Assembly (NCBI GenBank): GCA_964521195.1
Contig: CAZFRE010000001.1
Location: 200,239 to 264,238, forward strand
Source of the DNA: an uncultured Eubacteriales bacterium
GTDB lineage: Bacteria > Actinomycetota > Coriobacteriia > Anaerosomatales > JAAXUF01
DNA: 64,000 bases
Reading direction: 5' to 3'
Under the pieces are notes generated by a model that saw only the letters and a list, made by a program, of their open reading frames with translations, had not been told where the DNA came from and did no database searches. Made by a program: the position numbers and the translations under genes. How positions within the stretch are numbered: position 1 is the first letter of the stretch; each line of letters begins with the position of its first letter. Shown here piece by piece: positions 16,836 to 24,980 of the stretch.

Positions 16836-17546
16836 ATGATGGCAGTGGACACCGCGGTTCAGGACGCGCGCGAGGAGCGGCAGGTACGTGACGCGTACGG
16901 CGCTACGCTCTTGTTCGTGCTGGCGACGGCGCTCGTACTGATCGCCGCCGGGGCGCCGCTCCCTTCAGGCATCGTCGCTGTGGGTGCGCTGCTTCAGGTT
17001 GGAGCGCTGCTTCTCACCCTGCGCGTGTCGGGCTTCTCTCCTCGCACGCGCACGATCGGGTCCGCAGTCTTCGTGGGTCTGTTCGTGATTGCGGTGGCCG
17101 CCGTGTTCTTGGGCGGCGGGGCCGGCAGGTTGACCGGAATCCTACTGTGGATCGGGCTGACGCTCGTCACGATCATCGCGGTTGTCCGGCGGCTCGCCAC
17201 GTACGAGCGCGTGACCCTGCAACTCGTGATGGGGCTTCTGGTGGTGTACGTGCTGGTCGGCGTCGCATTCGGCCTGACGTACGTCTTCGTGGAGTACCTG
17301 CGTCCCGATGCGTTCACGCAGGGTACGCAGGGTATCTCGGGCGCGGTGTACTTCAGCTTCGTCACGCTGGCGACGCTGGGGTACGGGGACGTGACGCCGG
17401 GCATCGACATCATGCGCGCACTCGCCATCGCCGAGGCCGTCATCGGGCAGCTCTACCTCGTGAGCGTGGTGTCGGTCGCAGCCAGCCGGCTCGGCTCGTT
17501 CCGTGAGCGTGCGAAAGATGTGAGCGTGCCGGCGAAGCAGGACTAG
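16836..17546 (+). CDS. Two-pore-helix potassium channel family protein
   Basis: Selectivity filter FVTLATLGYGDVTP (T-x-G-Y-G-D), flanked by TM helices. Confidence 0.85.
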   Translation: MMAVDTAVQDAREERQVRDAYGATLLFVLATALVLIAAGAPLPSGIVAVGALLQVGALLLTLRVSGFSPRTRTIGSAVFVGLFVIAVAAVFLGGGAGRLTGILLWIGLTLVTIIAVVRRLATYERVTLQLVMGLLVVYVLVGVAFGLTYVFVEYLRPDAFTQGTQGISGAVYFSFVTLATLGYGDVTPGIDIMRALAIAEAVIGQLYLVSVVSVAASRLGSFRERAKDVSVPAKQD

Positions 17547-17574
17547 GCGCGACCTGCCGGCGCGTCGTGTCCGG

Positions 17575-18252
17575 TCACGATCCCGAGCAGCACGAGTGTA
17601 CGGTGTCTCCCTCATCGGCCCCGGAGATCACGGTGGCTGCGAGCGACTTCAGCGCACACGGGATGCGGAAGTAGGTGACCTGCATGCCCTCGGGGTGGAT
17701 CGGTCTGATCCGCGGCGTCAGCATGAGTGCGCCCTTGATGCCCGCGCGGTGGAGCGCATCGAGCGCCTCGTCGATATGCGATGGATCACACGCAACCACG
17801 GCGGTGAGGTTGTCGGCTTCGAATCTCGCGGAAGCGAGCTCGGACAGCGGCCTGACGACGATATCGCCCACGACCTGGCCCGCATCCCCCTCGCATTCCG
17901 AGAAGTACGCGATCGGCACCATCCCGAAGTCCGAAGCGGGGAAGAGCGCAGGCAAAGCCTGAAGCATGGGCAGGCTGCCGACGACGACGAACGGGCTTCG
18001 TTCCGACAGCCCGAGGAACGCGCCAAGTGCCGCATGCAGGTCGCGCGCGACATACCCGGCGCCGGGCCGACCCTTGATGTCCACCCGGCTCAAGTCGGCG
18101 CGAACGCTCTCTTCGCTCAAGCCGAGCTGGGCGGCGATCTCGCGTGAGGTGATGTTCTGCCAGCCGTCAGAGTGCTGAAGCTCCTCGAGAAGGCAGTGGT
18201 AGCGGGCGAGTCTGAGCAACGACAACTGCGACACGGTGGGCTGCTGGGACAC
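17575..18252 (-). CDS. Rex-like transcriptional repressor with a degenerate dinucleotide-binding loop
   Basis: The winged-helix part LLRLARYHCLLEEL..ITSREIAAQLGLSEESVRADLSRV..GAGYVARDL resembles Rex. Where Rex has G-x-G-x-x-G this protein has FVVVGSLPMLQAL. AVVACDP..LHRAGIKGALMLTP is Rex-like. There is an extra Cys-rich tail, HSCCSGS. GAGGAAGGGAG lies upstream of GTG 18252. Confidence 0.7.
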   Translation of the reverse strand: MSQQPTVSQLSLLRLARYHCLLEELQHSDGWQNITSREIAAQLGLSEESVRADLSRVDIKGRPGAGYVARDLHAALGAFLGLSERSPFVVVGSLPMLQALPALFPASDFGMVPIAYFSECEGDAGQVVGDIVVRPLSELASARFEADNLTAVVACDPSHIDEALDALHRAGIKGALMLTPRIRPIHPEGMQVTYFRIPCALKSLAATVISGADEGDTVHSCCSGS

Positions 18253-18790
18253 GCGTACTCCCTTCCTCGGTGCGGCTCCGTTCCGTCCGACGACTACTCT
18301 ACACCTGGCACGTTCGACGCCGGCAGCCGTCCGAGTGAGGAGAGTTCGTTACAAGCTCAACGAACGGGTGTACTATCAGTTCAGAGTTAGAATGCGCGGC
18401 GAGCAAGCGGTGGCCGTGGGACGCGAGGGGCACTGACGCCCGTTCGTGAAGTCGCGGCGGACGACCGGCATGGCAGTGAAGGTCTTCCTGCGCAACACCG
18501 TACCGCGCGTTCTCGGCAAAGCGCCCGGCGCCGTCCCCGCGCTGGGCGGTTTGCTGTCTGCGACACCTCGCTCGCAGGCGCCGGCACGTCGGTTGCGGAC
18601 TTCGACCCGGGTGAAGTACCCGTCCGCCCAGCGCGCGTGGGTGTCGGAGCTCACACATCCTCCACAATCGGAACATTCGACCTTCACCGCGCAGCCACCA
18701 CTGCTTCATCGAAACGCGGGATTATCGTCTTGCGCAAGCGGGTGGGCAGACCCGCGAACCGCGTTGAACAACCTCCTTCACGAGTCACAG

Positions 18791-18820
18791 AGAGACCCGC
18801 CAGCGAGCGGGTCTTTCTGT
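18791..18820 (+). terminator. Plus-strand intrinsic terminator/attenuator hairpin, 64 nt upstream of the PASTA gene
   Basis: AGACCCGC-CAGCGA-GCGGGTCT (8 bp, extendable to 10 with A-U and G-U pairs) followed by TTCTGT. On the minus strand no T-tract follows the hairpin, so the orientation is plus. Confidence 0.5.
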
Positions 18821-18883
18821 GCTCTGGACGCGTCGGGTACGCTGGATACGCACGTGGAACGAGCGTAAGGAAGGTCGCGCAGG

Positions 18884-20449
18884 ATGCCCGACGAGCACAC
18901 GCCCGAACAGGATGCCCAGCCGCTCGAGCGGCAGGCCGACGACGCACGGTCCACGGAGGCGTCCGAGGCGGTCGTCTCGGATGAGGTCGTGAGTGCGTCT
19001 GCGGACGTGCCCGTCGAACCCGCCTCGTCCGAGCAGCCTCAAGCGGTGCCAGCCGTCCCGACGCCCCTCGGGCCGGAGCCGGCGACCGTTCCCGCTGGCT
19101 CGCGGGTGACCCTGATCGTCTCCTCCGGCCCGTCGCCCGCGCCGCCCTCGATCCCCGTCGAGATGCCCGATGTCGTGGGCGAGCAGCAGGGCGCGGCACT
19201 GCTCCGGCTGCAGGCAGCCGGCTTCGGCTCGCGTGTGCTACACGACTACAACGACACGCTGCCCCGAGGCTACGTGACCGGGCAGTATCCGATGCCGGGC
19301 GCGAGTGTCATTCCGGGCTCCGACGCGGTACTCGTCGTGTCGGCGGGCCGAGCGCAGCTGCCGGCGCCCGACGTGATGCTCCCGAGCGCGACCGGGCTCG
19401 ACCAGACGCTCGCCGCCGAGAGACTCATCGCCGCCGGACTCGTTCCGCGCGTCGTCCAGGACTTCGACCCGGTCGCTCAGCCGGGACTCGTGATCGCGCA
19501 GATCCCCAGCGAGGAGGCGCTCTCGACGCCGCTGCATAAGCGGGGGAGCAAGGCATGGCTGGTTGCGGTGGCGGTCCTCGTCACCATCGCCCTGGTGGCC
19601 GGCGTGGTCTGGTACCTGAACCGGCCGACCACGGTCCCAAACCTGATCGGGCTGCCTCAGATGCAGGCCGAGAGCCTTGTGGAGCAGGCAGGGTTTCGTC
19701 TCGGCAGTGTGGCTACGAGTCAGACCACCGACGAGAAGCAGATCGGCAATGTCGTCGGGCAGGCACCCTCGCCCGGGGGCACGGCGGCGCATGGGAGCAC
19801 GCTGAACCTGGTGGTGGCCGGTGGCCAGCTGCTCGCTGCGGTGCCCAACGTGGTCGGCGCTGCGCAGGGTGCGGCCATCAAGAGCCTGCAGGACGCGGGA
19901 TTCGCGTTCGAAGTGAGCCAGTCCTACAGCTCCACCGTACCGTCGGGATCCACCATCGCGCAGGCGCCCACTGCGGGCGAACGTATCCCACCGGGGACCA
20001 CCGTGGGGCTCAACATATCGCTCGGCGCACACACCATCACCGTCCCGAACGTGGTCGGCCAGGTGAAGACCACCGCTGAGACCTCGCTCAAGGGGTCCGG
20101 CCTCGGCGTTGCCACGGCGAGCAACTACGACACCGCGACGCCTGCCGGTCAGGTCATGGCACAGCAACCCACGGTCGGCACCGGCGTCGTGCCCGGCACG
20201 ACGGTGGGACTCACCGTCTCGCTGGGCCCGCCGACCCTCGGCACCGCGACGACCGCGGTGCCCAATGTGGTCGGCAAGACGCAGTCGAAGGCGCAGTCCG
20301 CACTCAAGAAGCGCAATCTCAAGTACCTGGTCGCGCCGCGGCCTGGGTCGGGCAGAGCGAAGGGCGTCGTCGTCGCGCAGCTCCCCGATGTGGGCGCGGT
20401 GATCCCCCGCAATTCGGTTGTGATCATCTTCGTGTCGGACGGCAGCTAG
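18884..20449 (+). CDS. PASTA-repeat membrane protein without a kinase or PBP domain
   Basis: AAGGAAGG lies 9 nt before ATG 18884. The single TM helix is AWLVAVAVLVTIALVAGVVWYL. There are four PASTA units after it (VPNLIGLPQMQAESLVEQAGF.., VPNVVGAAQGAAIKSLQDAGF.., VPNVVGQVKTTAETSLKGSGL.., VPNVVGKTQSKAQSALKKRNL..). About two PASTA-like units precede it (MPDVVGEQQGAALLRLQAAGF..GYVTGQYPMPGASVIPGSDAVLVVSAG; LPSATGLDQTLAAERLIAAGL..). Confidence 0.85.
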   Translation: MPDEHTPEQDAQPLERQADDARSTEASEAVVSDEVVSASADVPVEPASSEQPQAVPAVPTPLGPEPATVPAGSRVTLIVSSGPSPAPPSIPVEMPDVVGEQQGAALLRLQAAGFGSRVLHDYNDTLPRGYVTGQYPMPGASVIPGSDAVLVVSAGRAQLPAPDVMLPSATGLDQTLAAERLIAAGLVPRVVQDFDPVAQPGLVIAQIPSEEALSTPLHKRGSKAWLVAVAVLVTIALVAGVVWYLNRPTTVPNLIGLPQMQAESLVEQAGFRLGSVATSQTTDEKQIGNVVGQAPSPGGTAAHGSTLNLVVAGGQLLAAVPNVVGAAQGAAIKSLQDAGFAFEVSQSYSSTVPSGSTIAQAPTAGERIPPGTTVGLNISLGAHTITVPNVVGQVKTTAETSLKGSGLGVATASNYDTATPAGQVMAQQPTVGTGVVPGTTVGLTVSLGPPTLGTATTAVPNVVGKTQSKAQSALKKRNLKYLVAPRPGSGRAKGVVVAQLPDVGAVIPRNSVVIIFVSDGS

Positions 20450-20477
20450 CTTCTCGCGCAGCGGACGAAGACCGGCG

Positions 20478-23366
20478 CTACTCGGCTCCGACGATGCTCT
20501 TGATCCTCGAGACCGCCGCCGGCGAGACGCCCGCGCTGGTCGCGGTCACGCGCGTGGTCACAGCGACCTCGTCGTTGGCCTCGTAGTACTCCTCGACCGC
20601 CGAGGCGAGCGACGGAGTGGTCACGAGCGTCAGCCCGCCGACTTCCGCCGATGCCGCAGGCAGGCCGAGAACGGCAGCCCAGCGCGTGCTGTTGGCGAGG
20701 TACACGCGCTCACCCGAGAAGCTCGCCGGCCGAGTGGTGAGAGCCCACGTCGCCAGTCCGGTCGCGATGCCGAGACCCGAGCCGGGTGCGCGCGTCGCGT
20801 GGGGCAGCTGCTCGGCGGCCGCCGCCGAGACCGAGGACGCGCTCCCGACAACGAGGGTGCTCGAGGCGCCGATCGCGGCGAGCGTCGAACGTGTGGCGCT
20901 CGGGACGGCCGACTTCTTGGTGTACAGCAGCGGCCAGCCTTCGCGTGCCGCGACGGAGCTGCCGGCCAGCGCGGCTGTGAAGCTGTCGCCCACGACCACG
21001 GCTCGGCCATCCGCGAGCACGCCGCCCGAGAGCTTCGCGATCTCACGGGCGACAGCGTTCGCCGTCGCGTAGCGGTCGCTTCCGGAGACGCGGGTCACGG
21101 CGTAGCGCCGTGCGAGCGAGCGCCGGAGCGACGTGGACACGTCAGACGAGTCACCGACGATCACGATGCGCGTCACGCCCAGTCGCGCGAGCTCGGTCTT
21201 CGTGGAGGCGGGCAGCGAGTTTCGCGCGCTCACGAGCACGGGCCCGCCCAGCAGGTGGGCGAGTGGCGCCGCCGAGAACGCGTCCACCCACGAGTCGTCT
21301 CCCACGAGCACCGCGACCGTGGCGGTCGCGAACGCCGAACGACTGATCGCGGCCGCATAGCCGTACCGGTCGCTGCCGGTCACCCGCGACACCGTGGGCG
21401 TCGGTCGTACGGTGAATGCCAGCGTCGCGGGCTCGCTTCGCGAACCGTCGCCGTCCAGGACCGTGAGCGATGCGATGTGTGAGCCGAGCGGCAGCGAGGC
21501 GGTACTCGTGGCGCCACCGCTGACCGCTTGTGGCGGCCCGCCGTCGATCGAGAGCAGATCGGTGTGGGCGCGATCCGCCTCGGTACCGCTCCATCGCAGC
21601 TGGCCGTGCGTGTGCGCAAGCGAGGTCACTTCCGGGATCGACACCGAGGGGTAGACGCTGACCGAATCGGAGGAGTTCACATCGGTCCAGTTGTGCGGGC
21701 TCTTCGCCGACACGGTGACCGTGTGACTTCCGGGCGTGGTGTCATAGGGGAGCGTGTAGGTGCGCACGGCCGTGTCGGAGACGACCGTCTTCCCATCGAC
21801 CTCCACATCGTAGGTCACGGCGTCCCCGACGACTCCGGCCCACTCGATGCGCACGTTGCGCGCGTTGTCTTCCGATACAACCGTGATCGCCGGCGCTCCG
21901 AGAAGGGGGTAGTCCTCGATGAGCTTCGCGTAGGCGGCGTCCATGTTGAGAGCACCGTAGCCGTACGCGTCGTCTCGGCCCGATGTTCCAAGATCGTCGG
22001 CGGTCGACCTCACGAGCGCGACGATCTGGGAGTTCGTCATCCACGGCGCGGCCCGCCACAGCCACGCGATCGCGCCGGCGACGACGGGGGATGCCATGCT
22101 GGTCCCATCCCACCAGCGGTATCCCGGCTCGGCGAGGTCGTCCAAGGGGTCCGTGTAGCCCGGCTTGGTCATGCCCCAGATAGAGGAGCCGGGAGCCGAG
22201 AGGTCCAGCGCCGAACCGTAATTGGAGTAGTACGCCCGCTTGCGGTTGCCGCTGGAGTTCAGCGCGAGCGCGCCGACAGCGACCACGTGGTTCATCGCCG
22301 CGGGGTTGGATACCTGCGAGTTCCCCTCGTTGCCGGAGGCGGCGACGATCACGCACCCCTTGTGCCAGGCGTAGTCGATTGCGCTCTGCAGAGCGTCGCT
22401 CGCTGGGCCGCCCGCGATGCTCAGGTTGATGACCTTGCAGCCGTCGTCGGCGGCTTTGTGGATCGCCGAGATGAGCACATCATCGGAGATGCCCGCACCG
22501 CTGTAGACCTTGTACGACGCAACGGTCGTGTCGTTGGCAAGGCCGAGCGAGCCGATGCCGTTGTTGGCGGTGGCGGCGATCTCGCCTGAGACGCAGGTGC
22601 CGTGCGATGTCTGGGCGACGGCATCCGAGTAGCTCTTGGCCCCGACGATGGCCGAGGGGTTCGGCGGCGTGACGTCCGCGCTTCCGGCGACCATATTGGC
22701 GCTGCGGTCCGGATGGTCGAGATACAGGCCCGAGTCGAGAACGGCGACCTTGAAGGCGCTCCCATCGGCGCGCAGCGGGTACTTACCGGTCGTGTCCGCG
22801 CCGGTGTAGCCGGTCTTCCATGCGTTCGGTCCTGCGGGCGAGACGGCCGCGATGCTGCGAAGCCACCACGACTCCGCGTGGGCATAGCGCTCGGCGACTA
22901 CGCCGCCGTACGTCACCGTGAGGGTGCCCGTGTGCCGGTACGCGGGGTCGTCGGGCTCCTCGTACGCCGGCGGCGTGTAGGCGGCAAGCTGCCGGACGTA
23001 GTTGGGCTCGGCGTACTCGATCTTGCCGGTGCGCTCGAGGTCCTCGGCGAACTGGGTCGTGGACTCGCCGGGGGGCACCTCCCACGTCAGGAGGTCGCCT
23101 CGCATCGGCGTCACCGCGCCGGCCGAGCTATCGGTCGCGCGGTAGACCTCGCTGAGCTTGTCGGCCGTGACCGCACCCTTCATCCGAACGATCACGGAGT
23201 CTTCGGCCGGCGTGCCGATGGAGTCAGCCTGCGCCGGGGTGGGAATCGCAAGGGGGTCAGCGGGCAGCACGCGAACGCGGCCGCGCCCGACAGCGGCGGC
23301 GGGCATGGCCGGCGTGAGGAGCGATGCGACGAGAGCGATCGCGAGGATGGGGCGGAGACGGTTCAT
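20478..23366 (-). CDS. Secreted S8 (subtilisin-like) serine protease with three C-terminal CWB2 cell-wall-binding repeats
   Basis: Signal peptide MNRLRPILAIALVASLLTPAMPAAA from ATG 23366. Catalytic triad contexts are VAVLDSGL (Asp), SHGTCVSGEIAA (His) and GTSMASPVVAGA (Ser). There are three GSDRY-type repeats (TGSDRYGYAAAISRSAF.., SGSDRYATANAVAREIA.., third degenerate). Confidence 0.85.
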   Translation of the reverse strand: MNRLRPILAIALVASLLTPAMPAAAVGRGRVRVLPADPLAIPTPAQADSIGTPAEDSVIVRMKGAVTADKLSEVYRATDSSAGAVTPMRGDLLTWEVPPGESTTQFAEDLERTGKIEYAEPNYVRQLAAYTPPAYEEPDDPAYRHTGTLTVTYGGVVAERYAHAESWWLRSIAAVSPAGPNAWKTGYTGADTTGKYPLRADGSAFKVAVLDSGLYLDHPDRSANMVAGSADVTPPNPSAIVGAKSYSDAVAQTSHGTCVSGEIAATANNGIGSLGLANDTTVASYKVYSGAGISDDVLISAIHKAADDGCKVINLSIAGGPASDALQSAIDYAWHKGCVIVAASGNEGNSQVSNPAAMNHVVAVGALALNSSGNRKRAYYSNYGSALDLSAPGSSIWGMTKPGYTDPLDDLAEPGYRWWDGTSMASPVVAGAIAWLWRAAPWMTNSQIVALVRSTADDLGTSGRDDAYGYGALNMDAAYAKLIEDYPLLGAPAITVVSEDNARNVRIEWAGVVGDAVTYDVEVDGKTVVSDTAVRTYTLPYDTTPGSHTVTVSAKSPHNWTDVNSSDSVSVYPSVSIPEVTSLAHTHGQLRWSGTEADRAHTDLLSIDGGPPQAVSGGATSTASLPLGSHIASLTVLDGDGSRSEPATLAFTVRPTPTVSRVTGSDRYGYAAAISRSAFATATVAVLVGDDSWVDAFSAAPLAHLLGGPVLVSARNSLPASTKTELARLGVTRIVIVGDSSDVSTSLRRSLARRYAVTRVSGSDRYATANAVAREIAKLSGGVLADGRAVVVGDSFTAALAGSSVAAREGWPLLYTKKSAVPSATRSTLAAIGASSTLVVGSASSVSAAAAEQLPHATRAPGSGLGIATGLATWALTTRPASFSGERVYLANSTRWAAVLGLPAASAEVGGLTLVTTPSLASAVEEYYEANDEVAVTTRVTATSAGVSPAAVSRIKSIVGAE

Positions 23367-23506
23367 GTGTTCGATGACCTCGGGGCTTGCGGCGGGTTTG
23401 TGTGTCCAGAGTAACGGTCTTGGTGGATGGCGGCATGCGACTGCAGGCGTATCTGCACGTGGTAAGCGCATTCTGTGCCGAACGCGGTCGAAGCGCCTCG
23501 CGCTCC

Positions 23507-23536
23507 TTGACCGCTCTGACGCGTGGCGGGTAGTAT
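23507..23536 (+). promoter_or_regulatory. Sigma-70-like promoter for tRNA-Phe
   Basis: TTGACC (23507-23512), an 18-nt spacer, then TAGTAT (23531-23536), 17 nt before the tRNA 5' end. Confidence 0.5.
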
Positions 23537-23552
23537 CTCTGAGCGCACGTGC

Positions 23553-23628
23553 GGCCAGGTAGCTCAGTTGGTAGAGCAGCGGATTGAAAATCCGCGTGTC
23601 GGCGGTTCAAGTCCGTCTCTGGCCACCA
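23553..23628 (+). tRNA. tRNA-Phe (anticodon GAA), CCA encoded
   Basis: Folds as a cloverleaf: acceptor GGCCAGG/TCTGGCC, D-arm GCTC-AGTTGGTA-GAGC, anticodon arm GCGGA-TTGAAAA-TCCGC, T-arm GGCGG-TTCAAGT-CCGTC, then ACCA. 76 nt. Confidence 0.95.
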
Positions 23629-23639
23629 CAGCCTTCTCG

Positions 23640-23669
23640 GAAAGCCTCGGTCGAATGGCCGGGGCTTTC
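23640..23669 (+). terminator. Hairpin downstream of tRNA-Phe
   Basis: GAAAGCCTCGG / CCGGGGCTTTC, an 11-bp stem with one G-U pair and an 8-nt loop. Confidence 0.45.
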
Positions 23670-23716
23670 GTGCGTGCTGAGTGCATGTACCAGGATCCGC
23701 CCCACGCCGCATGCGA

Positions 23717-23745
23717 CGAAGGCCCGGCATCGTGCCGGGCCTTCG
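23717..23745 (-). terminator. Hairpin downstream of the TSP3-repeat protein gene
   Basis: 13-bp perfect stem CGAAGGCCCGGCA / TGCCGGGCCTTCG with a 3-nt loop, 43 nt beyond the stop at 23788. Confidence 0.5.
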
Positions 23746-23787
23746 CATCTGTGGCGCTGCTGTGCCGTGCTCCTGGTGTCAGTAGTC

Positions 23788-24813
23788 TCAGTCGTCGCAG
23801 CCGGGATAGCCGTCTGCATCTGTGGCGCTGTAGTAAGCAGGAATGAGCACGATTCTGACCGCCAGCAGGTCGCCGTCGGGGGTGTACGTCACGTCGAGTT
23901 CGGTGATGGATGCGCCCTCGGTGAGGTCGTCCTTGTACGGCTCGTGGTCTGAGTACACGCCGGGCGCCCACTCGAACTCCGTCTTCCAGTTGACGAGCAC
24001 CTGGTAGTCGGTGTCGCCGTCGACGGGAACCAGGCCGAGCACGCCGTCGCAGTACCAGTCGACGGTGGCGATCGCAGCATCCGTGGCGGGTGCCGGCAGA
24101 AGCAGGATCTCGGTGGCCAGGACCGTGCCGTCGTCCAGCACCGTGCCGTTGACCTCGTTGACGATCGCGCCGGTGCGCAGGTCCTCGAAGGTCGGAGGCG
24201 TGTCGGAGTCCACGACGTCAGCCCACGCGAGCTCGGTGGTCTCGTCGACCTGGACCTCGTAGACTCGCTCGCTGTCGCAGAGCGCGACGATCGTGAGGAT
24301 GCCGGATTCGGCATCGAACGAGGTCACGAACCCAGCGACCTCCGCGCCGTCCCAGACGCCGTCGTCATCGGAGTCATCGTCCCACGGGTTGCAGCCCTGA
24401 ACGAACTCGGCGAGATTCTCCAAGCCGTCGCAGTCGGCGTCCTCAGCTCCGTCGGCGGTGCCGTCTCGATCGGTATCGGCCTTGCGCGGATGCGTCCTGC
24501 ATGCGCGCTCCTGCACGTTCGCGAGGCGGTCGGAATCGGGATCCTCCTGGCCGTCCTTGATGCCGTCCTTGTCGGTATCGGCCTTGCGCGGGTTGGTCTT
24601 GGCCTTGTACTCGTCGATGTTGCGCAGCCCGTCCTTGTCGGCATCGCCCTTCGCCTGGTTCTTCTTCAGGCTCAGGTGGTACTTCGCCTCCCACTTGTCG
24701 GGGATGCTGTTCTTGTTGCGGTCCTTGGACTTGGCGAATGCCGGCATCGTGCCGAGCAGCAGCATCATGATGATGGCGGTCGCCACCACCGCCAGCCGCG
24801 TACGGGTGTTCAT
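23788..24813 (-). CDS. Secreted protein with thrombospondin-type-3-like Ca-binding Asp repeats
   Basis: GGGGAGGA precedes ATG 24813. Signal peptide MNTRTRLAVVATAIIMMLLLGTMPAFA. Repeats include DADKDGLRNIDEY, NPRKADTDKDGIKDGQEDPDSD, HPRKADTDRDGTADGAEDADCDGLEN and DDDSDDDGVWDG. The C-terminal half is beta-rich. Confidence 0.75.
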   Translation of the reverse strand: MNTRTRLAVVATAIIMMLLLGTMPAFAKSKDRNKNSIPDKWEAKYHLSLKKNQAKGDADKDGLRNIDEYKAKTNPRKADTDKDGIKDGQEDPDSDRLANVQERACRTHPRKADTDRDGTADGAEDADCDGLENLAEFVQGCNPWDDDSDDDGVWDGAEVAGFVTSFDAESGILTIVALCDSERVYEVQVDETTELAWADVVDSDTPPTFEDLRTGAIVNEVNGTVLDDGTVLATEILLLPAPATDAAIATVDWYCDGVLGLVPVDGDTDYQVLVNWKTEFEWAPGVYSDHEPYKDDLTEGASITELDVTYTPDGDLLAVRIVLIPAYYSATDADGYPGCDD

Positions 24814-24980
24814 CGCGTCCTCCCCTGGAATCGATCGAGTCGAGCCCTGCACTCGTCAGGTCGGCGGGGGGATGCTGCGGCTTGAGGCGCCGGGGCGGAT
24901 GCGCGACGAGCGCACGTGACTTCCATCACGCGGGTTTGGTGCGCCCCGTCACGTTCGTGCGGGGCGGCGTACCTTCGCGG

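Noticed and set aside
17987-17995. Extra copies of the 9-mer GACGAACGG, at 17987-17995 inside the rex-like gene and as reverse complement at 15056-15064 in a terminator stem.
   Set aside because: These are single copies inside a coding or hairpin context with no partner at 21 bp. They are recorded as a caution that the unit alone is not rare in this GC-rich DNA.
18253-18883. I tested whether the structured gap is tmRNA, RNase P RNA, SRP RNA, a T-box leader or a Rex operator region.
   Set aside because: There is no GGGG..UUCGAC 5' end and no T-arm/ACCA 3' end for tmRNA, despite a CCACCA at 18695-18700. GAGGAAAGUCC and ACAGAA.CCGGCUUA of RNase P are absent. The T-box-like GGGTGG..ACCCGCG is too divergent. 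GTGAAG/CTTCAC occurs 5 times but never as a TTGTGAA-N-TTCACAA palindrome.
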